Shown here: piece after piece, positions 1 to 7,858 of the stretch
How positions within the stretch are numbered: the stretch's first letter is position 1
Layout: each line of letters starts with the position of its first letter
DNA from: a virus
Lineage: Duplodnaviria > Heunggongvirae > Uroviricota > Caudoviricetes
Virus record (IMG/VR): IMGVR_UViG_2713896773_000002
Span: 1-13,367 of that record
Reading direction: 5' to 3' (one strand)
Length of the DNA stretch: 13,367 nt
The notes under the pieces: model-generated
What the model was told of the DNA's origin: nothing
Seen by the model: only the letters and a program-made list of their open reading frames with translations
Databases searched by the model: none
Translations under genes and position numbers: made by a program

Positions 1-755
1 ATCAGGAACGGCGACTGACCGCCAGCCAGCTGCGTGGCGATATCGGTGAATTGCGCCGGAAGCGTGCGCATTGCTGCGCTGTACTGACCAACGGAGATTC
101 CAGCGCGCCGGGCAGCAGCTTCCTGCCGGGATAGCGCCTCTGGTAGTACGTCAGCGACACCAGAGAGGCGCTCACGCGTCTGGTTAAGGATTGTGTTGAA
201 GTGCTCGAACTGAGCACCGTTAATGCGCCCAGCTTCGAAATGTTCCACCAGCTGTGCGTGCTGTTCATCCAACGAATTGAACGCGCGGATAGTCGGGTCG
301 ATGGATCCAAGAAGGTTCTTTAACGCTGCGGACTGCTTTTCTGCCGCCTGGGTAGCGGCTAATTCAGCCTGAGCGCGCGCCGCGGCTTCTCCGGTGTCGG
401 TCAGCTTGAGGCGGGTGTCATCCAGGATTTTGTTGTATGCCTGAAAGGTATCGGTATCCAGGAAACCTTTGGCCTGGAATTTCCGCAGCGATTCTTGCTG
501 CTCATCCAGGCGGTTTAAGGCCTTGGTAACCGGGTCGATATTCTCCAGCAGCCCTTTGAGCGCGTTCTGCTGCTCCTTGAGTCCTTCGCTGCCTTGCTTC
601 GCAGATTCAGCGCCAGCGCGAAACACGCTATTCAGATCATCTGCTTTATCTACAGCACCGGCCGCCGCCTGGCCGAGTTTATCCAGTTCGTTGCTGGCTG
701 TTTTCAGGTCAGAAACATCGGCCCGCAAAGTAATCGAGGCGATCTGGTCTGTCAT
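1..755 (-). CDS. tail tape measure protein, N-terminal part (partial; continues beyond left edge of window)
   Basis: ATG at 755..753 overlaps the TAA of the upstream chaperone ORF (TAATG). I translated the minus strand from 755 down to about 241 by hand with no stop (MTDQIASITLRADVSDLKTASNELDKLGQAAAG...), coiled-coil-like Ala/Gln/Leu-rich composition, and position immediately after G/GT chaperones. Not in the ORF track because it has no stop inside the window. Confidence 0.7.
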   Translation of the reverse strand, partial: MTDQIASITLRADVSDLKTASNELDKLGQAAAGAVDKADDLNSVFRAGAESAKQGSEGLKEQQNALKGLLENIDPVTKALNRLDEQQESLRKFQAKGFLDTDTFQAYNKILDDTRLKLTDTGEAAARAQAELAATQAAEKQSAALKNLLGSIDPTIRAFNSLDEQHAQLVEHFEAGRINGAQFEHFNTILNQTRERLSGVADVLPEALSRQEAAARRAGISVGQYSAAMRTLPAQFTDIATQLAGGQSPFL

Positions 756-1398
756 TATTTCGTCTCCTTATGCATTACCTTGAGAGCCTCGCTTTCCATA
801 ATTTGAAGGTCAGCCATGCAGGCCGCCGCATCCTCAACCCCGTGTAACTCGAACATCCAGGGGAGAACGTTGTAATCAAGGCCGGTCGCCCCGCTCGCGC
901 CGACGCGCCACTGGGTTGCCAGGGCAGAGAAGATGGTGAAAGACTTCCACACAGAGGGCAGGATACCCACCTCTTCCTCCACGTCCTCAGGCGTCAAACC
1001 AAAAGCGGCTAACTCCGCGAGAGTCGGTCCCGGCGTGTACAACGCTGCGGCGACCTGCCTTAGTTTTTTTCGCGGATACCCATCAGCTCTTTGGTGTAGG
1101 CCAGACCGATGCTGTCGAACGCGCGCGGGTAGTTCTGAAGAAGGACAATAACGTTGTCGCGGGTGAACTCGTCAGGTAGTGCCCACCCCTCGACAATTTC
1201 CATGAGGTAGTCGGCCTGCGGCTCGATAGCAGCCTTTTTACCTTCAGCCGACTTTTGCAGCTTTTCATCCATAGAGCGCAGCTCTTCCAGTGTCTTGTGG
1301 CGGAAGGTAAAGGTCAGCTTGCCGTCTTCAGCACCAGCGCGCGGGATGCTGGCGGTAACGGAGAAGGTCGGGTTCGGGATCAGGGAGAATTTGGTCAT
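755..1398 (-). CDS. tail assembly chaperone G-T fusion produced by programmed -1 ribosomal frameshift (predicted)
   Basis: The -1 frame relative to G is open from the slippery site at 1070..1063 down to the TAA at 757..755, which overlaps the tape measure ATG. The ORF-track entry 755..1042 starts at a TTG and has no independent start signal. Confidence 0.55.
1060..1398 (-). CDS. tail assembly chaperone (lambda gpG-like)
   Basis: 112-aa ORF with ATG at 1398..1396 and RBS AAGGAA 5 nt upstream; sits between the major tail gene region and the tape measure gene; ends ...REKN-TAA directly on a run of seven A (minus strand). Confidence 0.65.
   Translation of the reverse strand: MTKFSLIPNPTFSVTASIPRAGAEDGKLTFTFRHKTLEELRSMDEKLQKSAEGKKAAIEPQADYLMEIVEGWALPDEFTRDNVIVLLQNYPRAFDSIGLAYTKELMGIREKN
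1063..1070 (-). other. slippery sequence for -1 frameshift (minus strand G AAA AAA C; heptamer A_AAA_AAC in G frame)
   Basis: Seven consecutive T on the plus strand at 1064..1070, i.e. AAAAAAA on the coding strand, as the last sense codons of G (GAA AAA AAC TAA). Confidence 0.55.
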
Positions 1399-1410
1399 TT
1401 CGGTTCCTTA

Positions 1411-1436
1411 GAAAAACGAAACCCGCCGTAGCGGGT
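1411..1436 (-). terminator. intrinsic terminator after the KilA-N gene
   Basis: Minus strand reads ACCCGC-TACG-GCGGGT followed by TTCGTTTTTC (stem 1421..1426 / 1431..1436; T-tract is the complement of 1411..1420). Confidence 0.55.
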
Positions 1437-1437
1437 A

Positions 1438-1968
1438 TTAGTTAATGCCGGGCAGATACATCTGGACTTCGTCGGCGACGCGATCCCGGGCTGCATGTAA
1501 TAGCTGCTTGCGACCACCAACACCCCACTTGGCCATTTGGCTGGCACACTGGCTAATTGCCTTGGTTTCAGTGTTGATGATGTGGTCGATTTTGTTCAGG
1601 CGGGACATGGCACTGATACCAAGACGCACCACTGTTCTAAATACTTCGTACACTTCAATCTCAAACTCTGGCTTTATCCAGGCGGCATAGCGGATTGCCA
1701 GAAGTTCAATGCCCCATGCACCACTTTGATCACCGCCTTTTATAACCTTAAGTGGTTGATTTTGTTCCGAAGCACTTTTTAGTGCTTTGGATTTTAGCGC
1801 TTTAACGAAGCGTTTGATCTGCGCGCTACGCAGGAAGACGCTGGGCCTTTGTGACTCAGTAGCCTCTCCGTTAGCTACCGCTGCCGCATGAAGATCGTTA
1901 AGACTGTACCGGCCTTCGTCATCAACGCGGACGGAGACCCCATTCACTGAGACGGTTGGGTGATTCAT
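1438..1968 (-). CDS. KilA-N domain protein (moron inserted in tail gene cluster)
   Basis: 176-aa ORF, ATG at 1968..1966. N-terminal half (VNGVSVRVDDEGRYSLNDLHAAA ... GAWGIELLAIRYAAWIKPEFEIEVYEVF) fits the KilA-N/APSES-like pattern as I recall it. Flanked by hairpin terminators on both sides. Confidence 0.6.
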   Translation of the reverse strand: MNHPTVSVNGVSVRVDDEGRYSLNDLHAAAVANGEATESQRPSVFLRSAQIKRFVKALKSKALKSASEQNQPLKVIKGGDQSGAWGIELLAIRYAAWIKPEFEIEVYEVFRTVVRLGISAMSRLNKIDHIINTETKAISQCASQMAKWGVGGRKQLLHAARDRVADEVQMYLPGIN

Positions 1969-2151
1969 GGTGTGTACCTTTTAAAAAGCGAACCTGTTCA
2001 CACAGAAAAGCCGCCCCAAGAGGCCCACCGGCACTAACGGCAGTTCTCAGGAACGCTTTCTGAAAGGTTCTTGGTTAGAGAGCGCGTGTGAAGGCGCAGT
2101 TTGAAAAGATGGGTAATGCGAATACAGAAAATTCGCCAGCGGTACTCATTG

Positions 2152-2176
2152 CGAAATAAAGCCCGGCGAACCGGGC
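2152..2176 (-). terminator. intrinsic terminator after the major tail protein gene
   Basis: Minus strand reads GCCCGG-TTCG-CCGGGC followed by TTTATTTCGC (stem 2161..2166 / 2171..2176), starting 9 nt after the TAA of the 2185..3117 ORF. Confidence 0.7.
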
Positions 2177-2184
2177 CTGATTGG

Positions 2185-3117
2185 TTAGCTGACAGTAACG
2201 GTGCATGCCGCCGACGTTAGGGTCTTGCCTGCGGCGTCAGTGACTTCGCAGGTATAAACGCCAGCATCACCGGATGAGACAGACGAAATGTTGAACGTCG
2301 AGGCGGTTTTGCCCGGAATTGCGGAGCTTCCTTTCTTCCACACGTAGGTGTAAGGGGCTGAGCCGCCTTGCATAACGACGGCTAAATCGAGCGCATCTCC
2401 AACACTAACTGCTTTGGTTGATGGCAGATCAGTCAGGAACGCCAGCGGCGTAACGGATGAATCGGCGATCGGGTAAATCTGCATATCCGATTCGAAGTTC
2501 ATGCGCGCTTCGTTGCTTTCCACGGCGTTGATTTCGGTCTTAGGCACCTTCTGGAAAGACACTTTGGCAGAGTAATAACGGTCCGCTTTGCCGCGCGGGT
2601 TATGGAACCACACAGCAGTGGTGTCGCTGGATTCGTCAAGTTCACTCAGACGCTTGTAAATTGCCAGCAGCGGATCGTGCGCGAAGGTGTAGACCTGCAC
2701 CACGGCGTTTTTGAAGGTCGGGATGGTACGGGCCTTATCGTCTTCAAGGAACTGCACGCTGATGGTCTGCTGGTCACCACCCTCTGTGGAGAGGGTCATC
2801 ACCTGCGGCATCGTGATCCACGTGTCGATTTTACGCAGCGTGCCCGCGCCAGTGCCTGCCGGGAATTTGGTGGTGTCAGAGGTATCGAACGAATCCAGCA
2901 CGATTTTGGTACCGGCTACGGATTTAACGCGCAGCACCATATTATCGAGTTTTAGCCAGCCGGAGCTCACCTGCACTACGTCGCCCGCCAGGATGCCAGC
3001 GGCAGATGCAACAGTCAGTTCGCATTCAGTAGCGTTAGAGGCAGCGGTAAAGGTGATGGGAGCCTGATAGGCCTTGGCCACGTTAACACGCGAGCCGTTA
3101 GGGATTGCGAATGCCAT
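2185..3117 (-). CDS. major tail (tube) protein with C-terminal Ig-like domain
   Basis: 310-aa ORF, ATG at 3117..3115 with RBS AGGAG 6 nt upstream; located between tail terminator-like gene and chaperones G/GT; C-terminal ~80 aa (…YTYVWKKGSS…GVYTCEVTDAAGK…TVTVS) looks like an Ig-like fold. Confidence 0.6.
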   Translation of the reverse strand: MAFAIPNGSRVNVAKAYQAPITFTAASNATECELTVASAAGILAGDVVQVSSGWLKLDNMVLRVKSVAGTKIVLDSFDTSDTTKFPAGTGAGTLRKIDTWITMPQVMTLSTEGGDQQTISVQFLEDDKARTIPTFKNAVVQVYTFAHDPLLAIYKRLSELDESSDTTAVWFHNPRGKADRYYSAKVSFQKVPKTEINAVESNEARMNFESDMQIYPIADSSVTPLAFLTDLPSTKAVSVGDALDLAVVMQGGSAPYTYVWKKGSSAIPGKTASTFNISSVSSGDAGVYTCEVTDAAGKTLTSAACTVTVS

Positions 3118-3140
3118 AGCACTCTCCTGAATTTAGGTAA

Positions 3141-3163
3141 TAAAAAACCCGCCATCTGGCGGG
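3141..3163 (-). terminator. intrinsic terminator-like hairpin between tail terminator gene and major tail gene
   Basis: Minus strand reads CCCGCC-AGAT-GGCGGG followed by TTTTTTATTA (stem 3148..3153 / 3158..3163), immediately after the TGA at 3166..3164. Confidence 0.5.
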
Positions 3164-3613
3164 TCAGTAGTCAGCGCGGTACTGCATGCTGACGGGAATG
3201 GTGTAGGTTATGGAGCCACTGGACCCGTTGGACGCCGAGGTTGGCCGGTCCTGGATGGGTTGTCTCACCTGCGGCGGCCCATTGATATAAACAGTCAGGT
3301 CACCATCCACCAGCGCAAGCCCTTCAGGAAATGCATCAGCGACAGATTTAGCCAGCCCTCTGGCCTGCGTCACGCCGCTGCCTGCTGGCGCAATGATGTT
3401 GAGCTGCAGGATGCCCTGATAGGTTCGCAATTGACCTTCCAGGTCTTGCCCCACCGTCTGTGCCGGCAGAACATAAACACGCCCGTATGGTGAGCTATCC
3501 GGGGGAGTAAACGGTATGTTCGGCCAGGCTACGGGCAGCCCAAGCGATAAGCAGATAACCGCAATGCGGCTCTCCAGTAGTTCAGCAATTCGCATTGACT
3601 GGTCACTGGCCAT
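3164..3613 (-). CDS. putative tail terminator / tail completion protein (gpU-like position; possibly DUF4128-type)
   Basis: 149-aa ORF with ATG at 3613..3611, directly upstream of the major tail gene; contains a WPNIPFTPP motif that I recall from tail-terminator-like families. Family assignment is from memory. Confidence 0.4.
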   Translation of the reverse strand: MASDQSMRIAELLESRIAVICLSLGLPVAWPNIPFTPPDSSPYGRVYVLPAQTVGQDLEGQLRTYQGILQLNIIAPAGSGVTQARGLAKSVADAFPEGLALVDGDLTVYINGPPQVRQPIQDRPTSASNGSSGSITYTIPVSMQYRADY

Positions 3614-4202
3614 TGCGCACCTCGCTCATTGCCTCACGGAACAACTGCGCGGCATCCAGCGCAGTGATGCCCACCATGCCGCCGGGTGCCTGGCCGGAAT
3701 GCCCGTTCTCCAGTGCTGCCGCATATGGCAGATTATTGGTGAAGAAAATCGAGCTGACCTGCCCTACCCGGAACACCTCGAGCACTGCCAGACCGCGGGA
3801 GTTGGAACCCTGGCCGGAAGCGTCGGGGGTGTCGTTGGATTGGCTTGGCTGGCTGTCAAAGCCCACATACCAGTTGTTTTTAAACCGCCCGCCGACATAG
3901 CCCTCAGGCTTTTTGATGTCCATCGAGTCGTTGACGCGCAGGCCGCGCTTAAGTCGTCCTGATTTGGTCAGATTAGCCGGGTCATCACGCAGGGTCGCGT
4001 TATGCTCCCGCACCGCAGTGTTGTACGCCGTCGCGGTCTGGTTGACCTGCCAGATATCCGGTTGGCCCACCGGGGACATCTCAACCAGTTGAGCGAGGAT
4101 TTTAATACCCGTCCGGCGCACCACCTCGTCCATCTCCTGCTTCGAGCCATCCACGAACAGCTGAATGGCAGCCAGGAACGGCTGATTAACAGACCCCACC
4201 AT
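3603..4202 (-). CDS. putative neck / tail completion protein
   Basis: 199-aa ORF, ATG at 4202..4200, tightly packed between head-tail joining and tail terminator genes; call is by synteny only. Confidence 0.35.
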   Translation of the reverse strand: MVGSVNQPFLAAIQLFVDGSKQEMDEVVRRTGIKILAQLVEMSPVGQPDIWQVNQTATAYNTAVREHNATLRDDPANLTKSGRLKRGLRVNDSMDIKKPEGYVGGRFKNNWYVGFDSQPSQSNDTPDASGQGSNSRGLAVLEVFRVGQVSSIFFTNNLPYAAALENGHSGQAPGGMVGITALDAAQLFREAMSEVRNGQ

Positions 4203-4204
4203 AG

Positions 4205-4558
4205 TTACGCCCTCAGCTGGATGTTGTAGGAGATCAGCACATCGGCAGGCTTAACCGGATTCGGCTGTACCACGCGCCACTTTTTGCTGTCGATTTCGAT
4301 GCGGTCATCGATGCGCACTTCCGTCTCGAAAGTGGCCGCCAGCTTCTTGTCGCCGGTGGCGATCAGGGAACCGTCGATTTCGCGGGAGGAGTATTCGGTG
4401 ATAACACCGGTTACGGTCGCGGTAATGGCCGGGGTGGTGACCTCTTTGCCGAACTGGTCACGGATGGTGCCGCCGCCGCGGGTAAGCTGATATGCCTTCC
4501 CGTTCTCGGTCAGCAGTCGGGTCGCGGTCGCGCGCATGCGGCGATAGTCGATTGCCAT
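4205..4558 (-). CDS. putative head-tail joining protein
   Basis: 117-aa ORF, ATG at 4558..4556; size and position typical of head-tail adaptor/joining proteins. Confidence 0.4.
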   Translation of the reverse strand: MAIDYRRMRATATRLLTENGKAYQLTRGGGTIRDQFGKEVTTPAITATVTGVITEYSSREIDGSLIATGDKKLAATFETEVRIDDRIEIDSKKWRVVQPNPVKPADVLISYNIQLRA

Positions 4559-4559
4559 G

Positions 4560-5042
4560 CTACCCCCTTTCGACCCGGACCTGGTTGCCGCCCACTACAA
4601 GCCCGCGCAGTGCGGAATAGAACCATGGGAATGACGGAGAAGCTTTATTCGTTCCCGGCTCATACTGGACTGTTACCGCACCCTCGACGCGCTCCATCGT
4701 AACCGCCCCACCGCCAGCGACCGACGGGGTGAGGTCAATCTCCTGCGATTCGATGGCCAGGCGACATTGAGCATCAATCAGGCGCTGTGGAATCGCATCA
4801 TTCGACAGGTCAACACCATCGAAGCGCACGCCGGAACGCGGCCAGGATAGAGGCTGTGATGCGCTGGAACGCTGACCGCGCCAGGCCTTCCCTTCCAGAA
4901 AGTCCATTGCCTGCATCAGCATCTGGCTGCATTCGCCATCTTCAGCAGGGATGGTGTATCCGCGCCCCGCAGCGAACGCGCGCAGATCACCAACGCTGGC
5001 ATAGCTGTTGAAGTCAGACGAATGGGGATCGGCATTAATCAT
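4560..5042 (-). CDS. putative head-tail connector / head completion protein
   Basis: 160-aa ORF, ATG at 5042..5040 with RBS AGAGGAG 8 nt upstream; call is by position in the module. Confidence 0.35.
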   Translation of the reverse strand: MINADPHSSDFNSYASVGDLRAFAAGRGYTIPAEDGECSQMLMQAMDFLEGKAWRGQRSSASQPLSWPRSGVRFDGVDLSNDAIPQRLIDAQCRLAIESQEIDLTPSVAGGGAVTMERVEGAVTVQYEPGTNKASPSFPWFYSALRGLVVGGNQVRVERG

Positions 5043-5055
5043 CTCAGAGCTCCTC

Positions 5056-5367
5056 TCAGGCTTCGAAAAGCTTCTGCTTTAACGCATATCCCATCAACGC
5101 CCACAACTCGCTTTCGGCGTTCTCAATAGCAATTTTCTCGCCAATTTCAGCGTTGTCGTTAGCGGAGGAAACTGAGCACGACGGATTCCCTGTTACTGCG
5201 AATCCGTTTTGAGTGGTGATGACCGCCCAGCGAAGCACCTGCCCGGTGACGGATACGTGCTTCACGATCTCGGCATGCTTAATATTCGCCTTCAACTCGC
5301 CCAGCGTAACGCGCGGCGCGTTCAAGCCTTTGGCCTGAATTTCCTGCTCAATATCTTTATCGCTCAC
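5056..5367 (-). CDS. hypothetical phage protein (head/connector region), GTG start
   Basis: 103-aa ORF whose start codon is GTG at 5367..5365, with a strong RBS GGAGGA 6 nt upstream. Confidence 0.45.
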   Translation of the reverse strand: MSDKDIEQEIQAKGLNAPRVTLGELKANIKHAEIVKHVSVTGQVLRWAVITTQNGFAVTGNPSCSVSSANDNAEIGEKIAIENAESELWALMGYALKQKLFEA

Positions 5368-5369
5368 AG

Positions 5370-5570
5370 TTACTCCTCCAGTCGCCAGTCCAGCGCCAGC
5401 CAGTTATCGACTTCGTCAGGGTGAACCTCAGCGCTCAGCGGACCGCCGGGGAACTCCGGGGTATCTCGCATCATAGCCACCAGCTCAATACCTGTTTGTT
5501 CAGCGCCGTTCTGCGCGGCAAGCTTTTCAGCCTCACGCTGCGCGCTCTGCTCTTTGGTTAATCCGGCCAT
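5370..5570 (-). CDS. small acidic hypothetical protein (66 aa) downstream of capsid gene
   Basis: ORF track gives 5370..5660, but that start overlaps the capsid gene by 52 nt. An internal ATG at 5570..5568 has a perfect AGGAGG 4 nt upstream and lies just past the capsid terminator, so I take 5570 as the real start. Confidence 0.45.
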   Translation of the reverse strand: MAGLTKEQSAQREAEKLAAQNGAEQTGIELVAMMRDTPEFPGGPLSAEVHPDEVDNWLALDWRLEE

Positions 5571-5580
5571 TGGGCCTCCT

Positions 5581-5604
5581 GAAAACAAAGGGGCCGAAGC
5601 CCCC
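5581..5604 (-). terminator. intrinsic terminator after the major capsid gene
   Basis: Minus strand reads GGGGC-TTCG-GCCCC followed by TTTGTTTTC (stem 5590..5594 / 5599..5603), immediately after the capsid TAA at 5611..5609; the T-tract overlaps the RBS of the next gene. Confidence 0.65.
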
Positions 5605-5608
5605 TGGG

Positions 5609-6748
5609 TTAACCCATGATGATGGCGGAATGACGTGGCGCCACAGCAGCCACACCCCATGCCAGGCCCACTTCATAACGCACCTGACGGTACTGGCGGT
5701 ACAGCGCCACCTGGAAGGTGATGCCAGATACCGGGTCGGTCACATTCATGACGTCATCAGCAGTATCGCCACCTTCAGGCATCGCCGGGGTACGGCTGGC
5801 CAGCAGGAATGCCCCGCGGTCAAACGCCATGTTCGGTACAAATTCGCTCAACACAGTGACATCAGCCTGGTCTGCCAGATCCTGACGGAGGCCCGGCGCG
5901 CTAATAGTGATAGTGGAAGACGTAGCCGCAACGACCAGATACTGATTGTCATCACCGGCGAACTTCACCGCAGTACCTGCAGCAATACCGCCGGTGCCAG
6001 CAGAGATAGCGATGATGATATCGCCCTCTTTCTTCGCGCCATTGACCTTATAGCCAGCAGCAGCGCTTTTCGCGGTACGCTTGATGCTGAAGGATTCGTG
6101 GAGGTTGAAGCCCATGATGCGACCGATAACACCTTCACGCAGCAGTTGGTCGGTTCCCGCTTCGTTCGCTTTGAAGAGTACAGCCTGTTTACCACGGATG
6201 GATGCCATCGCTTCGCCACCCAGCACCATACGCAAATCAGTAGTCGGCGCACCGTTATCGGTCAGGATTTGACGCGCCAACGCAGCATCAGTCAGATCGT
6301 CTTTGATGCTGAACGGGGTATTCTTTGGCGCGCCAACAGCGCGGGAGGAGTTGAGGTACAGCGCAGCGAGATCCGCATCCACTTCGTTCGCCAGCGCACG
6401 GAAAGCCTGCTTGAACTGGTCAGCCAGGATGGTGTTGTAGGTACCAGCCGGGCCCAGAGCCAATTGCTCTTCACCATTCCATTTCACCGGGGCCATTTTG
6501 GATTTGGTGATTTTGACATCCACACCACCGATGGTCTGGTCGCCAGAATTAGGCGCTGAAGGTCCAGGGACAATATCTTCAGTGGTGGCTGCAGGTGCGA
6601 CTGGCGCACGTACGGTCTGGTCTTTTGCAGCAGCATCCGCTTTCGCGTCACGCGCCACCGCAGGAATAAAACCAGTTTGCTCGCGGGACACTACGTACAG
6701 CGCGGTATAGATGGTCGGGATCAGACCAGTAAGGGTATTGCCTGCCAT
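5609..6748 (-). CDS. major capsid protein (possibly P22 coat-like family)
   Basis: 379-aa ORF, ATG at 6748..6746 with RBS AAGGAG; directly downstream of a scaffold-like gene and followed by a strong terminator. Family call is from recalled similarity of the N-terminal region. Confidence 0.65.
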   Translation of the reverse strand: MAGNTLTGLIPTIYTALYVVSREQTGFIPAVARDAKADAAAKDQTVRAPVAPAATTEDIVPGPSAPNSGDQTIGGVDVKITKSKMAPVKWNGEEQLALGPAGTYNTILADQFKQAFRALANEVDADLAALYLNSSRAVGAPKNTPFSIKDDLTDAALARQILTDNGAPTTDLRMVLGGEAMASIRGKQAVLFKANEAGTDQLLREGVIGRIMGFNLHESFSIKRTAKSAAAGYKVNGAKKEGDIIIAISAGTGGIAAGTAVKFAGDDNQYLVVAATSSTITISAPGLRQDLADQADVTVLSEFVPNMAFDRGAFLLASRTPAMPEGGDTADDVMNVTDPVSGITFQVALYRQYRQVRYEVGLAWGVAAVAPRHSAIIMG

Positions 6749-6765
6749 TTATGGCTCCTTTCGAT

Positions 6766-7518
6766 TTAATCGACGATGCTGACGCCGTCTTTCAGCGCTG
6801 CTTGCTTGCCAGCGTTATCCAGGGAATCAAACGCATCGCGTTTCATGGTTTTTTGCCCGGCCTGGTGCTGCGACTGGTGAGAACCGCCGCCGCTGTTACC
6901 GGACGCTTTGAGGATGTAATCTTTCTGCGGATGCGACTCGACCAGAGACTCCAGGGCCTCATCAAAGCTGGCTAACTCGCCTGGCTTGGTGCGAGAGAAC
7001 ACCTTGTTGCCCTGCCCGTCGTACGCCACGACTTTGCCGTCTTCGATTTTGAAGTTCTGACCGAAGTGGGAACGCACGAACTCAGCCGGGATCGCCATCT
7101 TCTCTGAAATGAATTTGGAGCCACCGAAGCGCCCGCCGATCATCTCGTCGTAGAGCTGGCTTTCGAGCTGTTTGGTCTTGCCGTTCGCTTCATCCAGCTG
7201 CTGCTGGAATACCTTGGTAATCTCAGCCTTAACCTGGTCAACAGCGCCAGCGTCGATCAGTTTTTTCTGGTCGATTTTGGTCATCATCTCCAGGGCTTCG
7301 AGCGCCTTGGTCGGATCGGTGATGCCAGAGAATTTCGCGAGACTGGCTTCCGCCGCCTCCTTCGCTTCACGGTGAGTTTTAGCTTCACCATTCAGGGAGG
7401 TGATTTTGGTCATCGCTGCGGCTGCGTCGAACGGGATTTCTTTGCCATCATCATGGATGTACACAGGCATACCGTTTTCAACGACCACATTTCCGTTAGC
7501 ATCAAGTTTCAGTTTCAT
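6766..7518 (-). CDS. putative capsid scaffolding protein
   Basis: 250-aa ORF, ATG at 7518..7516 with RBS GGAG; charged, Lys/Glu/Ala-rich and coiled-coil-like; lies between the MuF-like gene and the capsid gene. Confidence 0.5.
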   Translation of the reverse strand: MKLKLDANGNVVVENGMPVYIHDDGKEIPFDAAAAMTKITSLNGEAKTHREAKEAAEASLAKFSGITDPTKALEALEMMTKIDQKKLIDAGAVDQVKAEITKVFQQQLDEANGKTKQLESQLYDEMIGGRFGGSKFISEKMAIPAEFVRSHFGQNFKIEDGKVVAYDGQGNKVFSRTKPGELASFDEALESLVESHPQKDYILKASGNSGGGSHQSQHQAGQKTMKRDAFDSLDNAGKQAALKDGVSIVD

Positions 7519-7599
7519 TGTTTTTGCTCCAGCCTTCCGGCCATTGGTAATAGGTCATCCGACCCGGTCACCGCGTCGCATCCGCTCAGCGGCAGGCAT

Positions 7600-7624
7600 A
7601 AAAAAGGCCACCCGAAGGCAGCCT
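7600..7624 (-). terminator. intrinsic terminator-like hairpin upstream of scaffold gene
   Basis: Minus strand reads GGCTGCC-TTCG-GGTGGCC followed by TTTTTTAT. The stem has two G-U wobble pairs that would be C-A mismatches on the plus strand, so it is only stable in the minus-strand transcript. Confidence 0.45.
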
Positions 7625-7625
7625 G

Positions 7626-7835
7626 TTAGATAAATTCGACGGTTATTACGCCGCGCAGTTTGCGGGTATAGACTTCATCGCGCTTTCGCTTATGGACCCG
7701 AATGGGGTATGGGTAGAAGCATGCTATTCCTCGCTTAACATCCGCCCATACGCAGCGCTTGACCTCGTTGCCGTTAACGAACACTCGGCGCTTACCGCGG
7801 CCATCGCCCACATGGTGAAAATCGTCATCTCGCAT
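7626..7835 (-). CDS. small basic hypothetical protein (69 aa)
   Basis: ORF track gives 7626..7853 starting at TTG; an in-frame ATG at 7835..7833 is preceded by GGGGGGTGG. It starts 24 nt after the DUF2829-like gene and is followed by a terminator. Lys/Arg-rich with two His and two Cys. Confidence 0.4.
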   Translation of the reverse strand: MRDDDFHHVGDGRGKRRVFVNGNEVKRCVWADVKRGIACFYPYPIRVHKRKRDEVYTRKLRGVITVEFI

Positions 7836-7858
7836 AGACCACCCCCCAAGCAACTGGT

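Noticed and set aside
2-806. ORFs 2..310 (-), 469..783 (+) and 594..806 (+)
   Set aside because: Alternative-frame or antisense ORFs inside the tape measure coding region, whose true frame I translated without stops from 755 to about 241.
1083-1268. 61-aa minus-strand ORF in an alternative frame of the G chaperone gene
   Set aside because: Fully embedded in the better-supported G ORF in another frame; Arg/Ser-rich.
2118-2136. Inverted repeat GCGAAT-N7-ATTCGC in the intergenic region upstream of the KilA-N gene
   Set aside because: Not followed by a T-tract on either strand, so not a terminator; it could be an operator but one short palindrome is insufficient evidence.
1969-2150. Promoter for the KilA-N moron
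   Set aside because: I could not find a convincing -35/-10 pair at proper spacing by eye (best candidates match 3-4 of 6 positions), so no promoter is annotated.
1969-2184. tRNA gene in the non-coding gaps (also 7519..7625 and 13186..13367)
   Set aside because: No GGTTCGAATCC-like T-arm motif or cloverleaf-compatible repeats seen; gaps are better explained by terminators and RBS regions.
2602-3067. Plus-strand ORFs 2602..2955 and 2711..3067
   Set aside because: Antisense to the major tail protein gene; no independent support.
5570-6559. 329-aa plus-strand ORF
   Set aside because: Lies entirely antisense to the well-supported major capsid gene; Arg/Ser/His-rich composition typical of a shadow ORF in GC-rich coding DNA; no RBS or context.
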